Notes under the pieces: model-generated
The model's database searches: none
The model's input: only the letters and a program-made list of their open reading frames with translations
Told to the model about the DNA's origin: nothing
In this document: in pieces, positions 17,379 to 22,380 of the stretch
Layout of the letters: each line of letters starts with the position of its first letter
How positions within the stretch are numbered: the first letter of the stretch is position 1
Source of the DNA: Candidatus Wolframiiraptor gerlachensis
GTDB lineage: Archaea > Thermoproteota > Nitrososphaeria_A > Caldarchaeales > Wolframiiraptoraceae
DNA length: 22,380 nt
NCBI GenBank assembly: GCA_021323375.2
Contig: JAJPCT020000009.1
Location: 1 to 22,380, forward strand
Direction: 5' to 3'
Made by a program: the position numbers and the translations under genes

Positions 17379-17402
17379 GGTATATCTTTATATACCATGG
17401 TA
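17379..17402 (+). promoter_or_regulatory. vapBC promoter with overlapping palindromic operator
   Basis: GGTATAT-CTTT-ATATACC (17379-96) overlaps TATA TTTATATA (17387-94), 28 nt before the ATG; second palindrome TACCATGGTA (17393-402). Confidence 0.65.
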
Positions 17403-17422
17403 ACTACAAGTATGTATGGTAA

Positions 17423-17671
17423 ATGAGCACTACGGTATCTATTAAGGTTCGTAGGGAGGTTGTTGAACTGGCCGATAAGATGGTTAGGTATGGGCTTGCT
17501 AGAAGCAGGTCTCATGCATTCAATATTCTCATTGAAAAGGGCTTGAATGAGGTTGTGAGGGAAGTGGGGTTCTGGGAGCAGGTGTATAGGGATGTTGAGG
17601 AGCTCGAGAAGTCGGGCTTCAGGATCGCTCACGGTAGACTGAGTAAGATGCTGGAAGAGGAGAGACATTGA
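17423..17671 (+). CDS. vapB: VapB-type antitoxin (ribbon-helix-helix-like)
   Basis: N-terminal beta strand TTVSIKV plus helices (GLARSRSHAFN); its stop overlaps the PIN gene start. Confidence 0.8.
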   Translation: MSTTVSIKVRREVVELADKMVRYGLARSRSHAFNILIEKGLNEVVREVGFWEQVYRDVEELEKSGFRIAHGRLSKMLEEERH

Positions 17672-18087
17672 TGATATATATTGACACAAATGTCATCATA
17701 TCGTATGTTGATGAAAAGGACCCTAATCATGATAAAGTGGTAGCTATGTCTATGCAATTGGATGGAGGGAGAGTTGTAAGCCAGCTCACACTACTTGAAT
17801 TAGCATCCATTTACGCAAGAGCTGAATTGGAGAAACCAATACCACTAGCTATGTACTCTATCAAGAGATTTGGCGCCTCGATAGTTGAAACAGATCTTAA
17901 CATTATTGTGAAGGAAAGCCTAAAACATGTTCCCATGCTCAGGCTTAAAACACTTGATCTACTACACATTACTATAGCCAAGGCGATTGGAGCGAAGTCC
18001 ATAGCCACCCTTGACAAAGACATAGCTAAGAAAGCCGACGTAATCAAAGACATCATGGGAATCGAGATCATAACAATACAAGATTAA
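17671..18087 (+). CDS. vapC: VapC PIN-domain ribonuclease toxin
   Basis: IYIDTNVIIS, TLLEL, LKTLDLLH and IATLDKD acidic PIN residues; TGATG coupling (alternative TTG start at 17668). Confidence 0.92.
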   Translation: MIYIDTNVIISYVDEKDPNHDKVVAMSMQLDGGRVVSQLTLLELASIYARAELEKPIPLAMYSIKRFGASIVETDLNIIVKESLKHVPMLRLKTLDLLHITIAKAIGAKSIATLDKDIAKKADVIKDIMGIEIITIQD

Positions 18088-18654
18088 AGGTCTTCACCTC
18101 TGAGAACATCTTATGCCTATTTTGGCCATTAATTCTTAGAGGCTTTTTAGGGCAATCTGGCATTCTGATTCTTATGAAGGATAACGTGTATTATATCATC
18201 CTGCTTTTTTCCTAATCTGCTGAGAAAGTTTGCCAGTATGATATGAGACAGCTAACTTATGGTGATAAATAATAAACCTCATTCCAAATGTCCATCCAAT
18301 TAAATACTAACTACACACATCATACATTAAGGTGAACCTTTTCGAAAGAGGGCTGTAAAATTTTATCACGAAAATACGCGATCAAGGTGCATAACAAGAA
18401 AGGAAATATACGCAAACATGATACAATGTTAATCATAATTCTTAGCAAAGCCTGGCCATGAAATCAGATCCAAATCCCGAAGCACTTCATAGATTTTACA
18501 CCTAATATCATAGCGGAGCCGATCATTTAACATCTTGAAAAATCTCACTTATTTTTCAATTTCTTCTTTTTAGAATGTTCTAAGGGTTCTCAGGCTAATA
18601 TAGTCATGCGGGCTGATTAGGCTCTTTTAGGGTATGTGCGCTTTCTTTGCAAGC

Positions 18655-20634
18655 CTAACTTATTCCTATAGTTAGGAGGAGTTTTGAGGCTATTCCGCCG
18701 ATGAGTATTGCTAGGCTTATTTCCGCTAGTGTGATTACTAGGGTTGTTTTTGTTCCGGTTTCTTTGAGTAGGACGGAGATTGTGGCGGCGCATGGTATGT
18801 ATAGTATTGTTACTATGGAGAGTGTTATCATCTGGTTTGGCGTGAGTGCTTGTGAGAAGTCTATGGTCCCGAGGAGTGCCGCGAGCGTTGTTAGTATGAG
18901 CTCCTTTCTCAGGATTCCAAAGATTAGTAGGACACCAGTTTCCTTTGGTAATCCGAGCCAGCTGGAGGTTATCGGGCTTAGGGTGCTTGATATCAGGTCT
19001 AGCAGGCCGGAGATTTCTAGGACTTTTACGAGTGCTCCCATGGCGATTATGAGTGGGGCTGCTATCTCAAGGTATTCTCGCAGCCTGATCCAAGTCATCG
19101 TTAGTATCGTCTTGATGCTTGGCACCTTGTAGCTCGGCATCTCCATTATCAGCTCAACGGGTACTCCTGGGAGGATTCTTGAGGCGATGGAGCCTAGGAT
19201 GAAGGCGATGAGGAGTGTGAGGAGATAGAGCCCAATGACCCATGACACTCCAAAATATCTTCCCACTAGCCCCATAACGACAACGGTTACGGCGGAGCAT
19301 GGCACGAGCGTCGTCATTAAGATCGTTATGATCCTCTCCCTCCATGTATCCATGATTCTTGCCGCGAGGCATGCTGGGACGTTGCAGCCGAATCCTAGGA
19401 GCATGGGGATTACGGCCTTGCCATGGACGCCTGCCTTATGCATTAGAGAATCCATTAGAAATGATACTCTCGCAAGGTATCCCCAGTTCTCCAAGAGGAA
19501 TGTGAGGAAGTAGAGGGGGAGGATGTATGGTATGGCTAGGCCGAGGAGGAATAAGATGCTCTCGATGGCTGACCAGCCGACCTCGGATATCGGGTTGATT
19601 CCGAGGATACGAACCCATGCATCGCGCATGATTTCCGACAAATATTCCTCGGAGAGTTCTGCGATTATTCCGCCGACCCCGAAGACTATTGAGAAGAGGC
19701 CGGCGAATATTATGGCGGCGAGAATGTAACCTAGTATCGGATGTGTTGCGATTTCATCGAATCTATCTCCTAGAGTTGGTTTTCTGGGCTTCACTATCCT
19801 TATGCATCTCCTAGCGATCTGGCTCGCGATGCAAGCTCTCTCATTCGCGATTATGATTAATGAGTCGTGTCCATGGATGCTCTCGAGCTCGGTGATCAGC
19901 TCGCTGGCCAGCTCTATAACCCGTGGATTCTTCTCCCCAACGAGGCCCCATATCTCCTCATCCTTCTCCAGAAGCTTTAGGGCGATCCATCTCCTCGGAT
20001 ATGGTAGGTCAATCTCCCCTAGAGCGGCCTCCAGCCTCTCAACCCTCTCCTCAACCTCTTTGCCATATCGGATCTTCTTGGGAGAGTATCCGGTTCTATG
20101 GAGCTCTATAGCGGCATCGAGTATCTGGGCCACACCCCTCCCGCGCGTCGCAATCGTCGTGACGACCGGCACCCCGAGCTCCTCCCTAAGCACATCCACA
20201 TCTATCTCGATGCCATACTTCTCCGCTAGATCCATCATGTTCAATACTAGGATGAGCGGCCTCTCAAGCTCGAGAAGCTGGAGAGTGAAGATCAAGTGTC
20301 TCTCAAGCGCTGTTGCATCGACCACGTTAACCACAACATCCGGCCTCTCCCTCGCGATATAGCTCCTAGAGATCTTCTCCTCTATTGAGAGATGTGTCAG
20401 CGAATATATTCCTGGGAGATCAATAACCTTCATTATCAGGCCTTTGTAATATAGCGTTCCCTCCGCCTTATCCACTGTGGTCCCGGGCCAGTTTGCTATA
20501 TGCTGATGAAGTCCCGTCAGTTGATTAAAAATCACGCTCTTGCCCACGTTCGCCTGACCAGCTAAGGCTATCCTGAGATCCGGCTCGGCGTGGCCGCCTC
20601 TGATCCCACGAGCTGGGATACTCGCATACTTCAT
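18655..20634 (-). CDS. feoB: Ferrous iron transporter FeoB
   Basis: G1 GQANVGKS, G2 NWPGTT, G3 DLPG, G4 NMMD; gate motifs GFGCNVP, VPCS and YIPC. ATG 20634 has GGAGG 8 nt upstream (alternative TTG at 20649). Confidence 0.96.
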   Translation of the reverse strand: MKYASIPARGIRGGHAEPDLRIALAGQANVGKSVIFNQLTGLHQHIANWPGTTVDKAEGTLYYKGLIMKVIDLPGIYSLTHLSIEEKISRSYIARERPDVVVNVVDATALERHLIFTLQLLELERPLILVLNMMDLAEKYGIEIDVDVLREELGVPVVTTIATRGRGVAQILDAAIELHRTGYSPKKIRYGKEVEERVERLEAALGEIDLPYPRRWIALKLLEKDEEIWGLVGEKNPRVIELASELITELESIHGHDSLIIIANERACIASQIARRCIRIVKPRKPTLGDRFDEIATHPILGYILAAIIFAGLFSIVFGVGGIIAELSEEYLSEIMRDAWVRILGINPISEVGWSAIESILFLLGLAIPYILPLYFLTFLLENWGYLARVSFLMDSLMHKAGVHGKAVIPMLLGFGCNVPACLAARIMDTWRERIITILMTTLVPCSAVTVVVMGLVGRYFGVSWVIGLYLLTLLIAFILGSIASRILPGVPVELIMEMPSYKVPSIKTILTMTWIRLREYLEIAAPLIIAMGALVKVLEISGLLDLISSTLSPITSSWLGLPKETGVLLIFGILRKELILTTLAALLGTIDFSQALTPNQMITLSIVTILYIPCAATISVLLKETGTKTTLVITLAEISLAILIGGIASKLLLTIGIS

Positions 20635-20665
20635 TGGAGAGCCCTCCAAAGGGGATCTCGCTAGA

Positions 20666-20974
20666 CTAGGTCTCCACTATTATCTTCGAGGCCAAGCCCC
20701 TTCCAATCATGAATCTCGAGCCATGTACCTCAACCTCTATGGGGCCGCCGAGTGGAGCCTTTCTAACGACCTTGATCTTGGCTCCGGGTAGTATGCCGAG
20801 GTCTGCAAGCCTCTTAACCGCGCCGCATCCGGGGCCGCCTTTACCTCTCCAGCCCCATCCAAGCCTACGCCTAAACCCTCCCCAGAACCCCGTGCTAGAG
20901 GATGGCCCTCCAAATGTTATCTCCACAACCACTGCCTCCTGGCCCTCACTAAGCGAGGTTAATGGAACCCTCAT
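20666..20974 (-). CDS. feoA: FeoA (SH3-like) with a Gly/Arg/Trp-rich insertion
   Basis: PLTSLSEG..VVVEI and KRLADLGILPGAKIKVVRKAPLGGPIEVEVHGSRFMIGRGLA; directly upstream of feoB. Confidence 0.92.
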   Translation of the reverse strand: MRVPLTSLSEGQEAVVVEITFGGPSSSTGFWGGFRRRLGWGWRGKGGPGCGAVKRLADLGILPGAKIKVVRKAPLGGPIEVEVHGSRFMIGRGLASKIIVET

Positions 20975-21022
20975 AGAGGCTCATCGCCCCCTCGATCCAT
21001 GAAGGTTTTTCAGGAACCCTGA

Positions 21023-21056
21023 TTTAAGTTTATTATGTAAAGTCATGTGTTTTACA
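21023..21056. promoter_or_regulatory. Divergent promoter region with candidate operator TGTAAA-N9-TTTACA
   Basis: AT-rich TATA-like block TTTAAGTTTATTA (21023-35) directly followed by TGTAAA (21036-41) and TTTACA (21051-56). Confidence 0.6.
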
Positions 21057-21100
21057 GCGCTATTTTCACGGTTAAGCCGTTTGCCAGGGGGGAGTCGTAG

Positions 21101-21820
21101 ATGAGGATGGAGGAGATAGTCTCGGGTATTAGGGCTATTCTCGCGATGAGGCTTGTGAAAGATCACGGCTTTAGCAGGAAGAGGGTGGCCGAGGTCTTGG
21201 GGATGAGTCAGCCGACGATAACACTTTACCTGAATAAGAGGAGGGCTTCATCATCCGCGAGGAGGATTATGGGGAATGAGGCGGCGAGGCGCTATCTCGA
21301 CGAGCTCATCGAGAAAATACTGTCTAGGGGAATGTTGACTGAGGGCGAGCTCTATGATGCGGCCTTCAATATCAGGAGATCTCTTGAGGTGAGTGAGGGG
21401 GTTAAGGTCGTCCCCAGCGAGGTGAGTGGTGAGGTTGCGAGAATACTCGAGTTCTTGAGGAGAAGGGTTCAGGCCGAGCAGGAGTCTGCTGAGGAGTTCA
21501 TGAGAGCTGCTATAAACCTGAAGGATGATCTTGCTCGGATGATCTTCAGGGCTCTTGCAAGCGACTGCCTGAGGCATGCAGACATCCTGATGACCCTTAT
21601 CTCGGCGATAGAGAGGGGTGGGGCCGTCGATATAAGCCAGCTTAAGAAGATGGATATTGAGTCGCTTCTTAGGAAGGAGGAGGAGGCGCATATAGGAGGC
21701 CTAGGGGAGGTTGAGAAGCTCCTACCCGAAGGCTTCAGCACACTGCTTGTCGAGTTCATCAAGAGTGATGAGGAGAAGCATTCTAAGGTCCTGAGAAGGA
21801 TCATGAGCATGATAAGATAG
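21101..21820 (+). CDS. HTH transcriptional regulator fused to a C-terminal ferritin/rubrerythrin-like domain
   Basis: N-terminal IRAILAMRLVKDHGFSRKRVAEVLGMSQPTITLYL (COG2522-like HTH); C-terminal E126...D155-C156-x-x-H159 and E193...D223-E224-x-x-H227. Confidence 0.8.
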   Translation: MRMEEIVSGIRAILAMRLVKDHGFSRKRVAEVLGMSQPTITLYLNKRRASSSARRIMGNEAARRYLDELIEKILSRGMLTEGELYDAAFNIRRSLEVSEGVKVVPSEVSGEVARILEFLRRRVQAEQESAEEFMRAAINLKDDLARMIFRALASDCLRHADILMTLISAIERGGAVDISQLKKMDIESLLRKEEEAHIGGLGEVEKLLPEGFSTLLVEFIKSDEEKHSKVLRRIMSMIR

Positions 21821-21838
21821 GGGTGATTACGCGCCCCA

Positions 21839-22380
21839 TCAAAGCCTGATAATCCTCGCTCCCACGGCTTGCGCCAAGTTTTTCGGTATATCTATGAACG
21901 CCCTACATCTTAGGAGTATTGCCGAGTCGCTTGTTGCTATTATCTCGCCCGACTTCGCCAGTATAGAGTCCACGGTTTTCGCGGTCCTAGCATCACCCCT
22001 TAAGCCCATCTCTGATAAGAGGTGTCTAGTCAAGCCAGCAACCTCTCCACTCCTGCTAATCTGGGACTCATATAACACCTTAACCTCGGCGACATGGGCG
22101 TTCTTCAGGAACTCTAGTATCATTTTAAGAGCGTTCTCTGACAGATTTGATGGCCTATATTTTGAATGCTTTTCCCTAATATCTCTCAGCACTTCGTCAT
22201 CGCATAGTATCAGGGGCTCTCCTCTCAGCATCGCCTCAACGGTATTCAGCACGTTGAATCCATCCACGAGAATCCTCCTCCCCACCAGCTGCTCAGGCCC
22301 AATGATCTTAGATCTTATGATCTCGGCCTCGCTCTCCGGCATAACTGAAAGGAAGAGGAGGGATCTCTCTGCCGTGCTAA
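21839..22380 (-). CDS. DUF434 / PIN(NYN)-like domain protein, 5'-partial
   Basis: The frame stays open to the window edge (STAERSLLFLSVMPESEAE...); ILVDGFNVLNTVE, LCDDEVLRD, SRSGE and IATSDSAIL motifs. Confidence 0.82.
   Translation of the reverse strand, partial: STAERSLLFLSVMPESEAEIIRSKIIGPEQLVGRRILVDGFNVLNTVEAMLRGEPLILCDDEVLRDIREKHSKYRPSNLSENALKMILEFLKNAHVAEVKVLYESQISRSGEVAGLTRHLLSEMGLRGDARTAKTVDSILAKSGEIIATSDSAILLRCRAFIDIPKNLAQAVGARIIRL

Noticed and set aside
17375-17689. Antisense ORF over vapB
   Set aside because: Shadow of the antitoxin gene and its promoter.
18100-18593. CTGAGAAC/GTTCTCAG inverted repeat bracketing the AT-rich gap as a second MITE
   Set aside because: Only 8 bp perfect, which is expected by chance over ~500 bp; no target-site duplication.
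1-22380. CRISPR array, cas genes, integrase or intact transposase
   Set aside because: No regularly spaced repeats and no such protein motifs seen in any ORF.

Overview
Archaeal chromosomal window, probably from a thermophilic TACK-type lineage (inferred from gene families, TATA-box promoters and a tRNA lacking an encoded CCA). Left to right: (1) 1-1446, tightly packed small unknown ORFs that look like the end of a provirus or integrative element, then a repeat-rich non-coding block and the C-terminal fragment of a HerA-like ATPase; (2) class I fumarate hydratase alpha/beta, an acyl-CoA ligase-GNAT fusion, NurA and DUF354; (3) on the minus strand, speD-speE-tatA and a single-pass membrane protein with ribophorin I (RPN1/Ost1)-like architecture; (4) a bacterial-type KDPG/KHG aldolase between two D-2-hydroxyacid dehydrogenases, next to tRNA-Arg(UCU); (5) an AT-richer variable region with a possibly frameshifted membrane-protein gene, a MITE-like element and vapBC; (6) feoA-feoB, divergent from an HTH + ferritin-like fusion protein with a TGTAAA-N9-TTTACA palindrome between them, and a partial DUF434 gene. 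Best candidates for new biology: a ferritin-fold iron-sensing regulator of feoAB, a ribophorin I homolog in an apparently non-Asgard archaeon, and an element apparently inserted into herA at the Walker B position. All family assignments come from motif recognition by eye; no searches were run.
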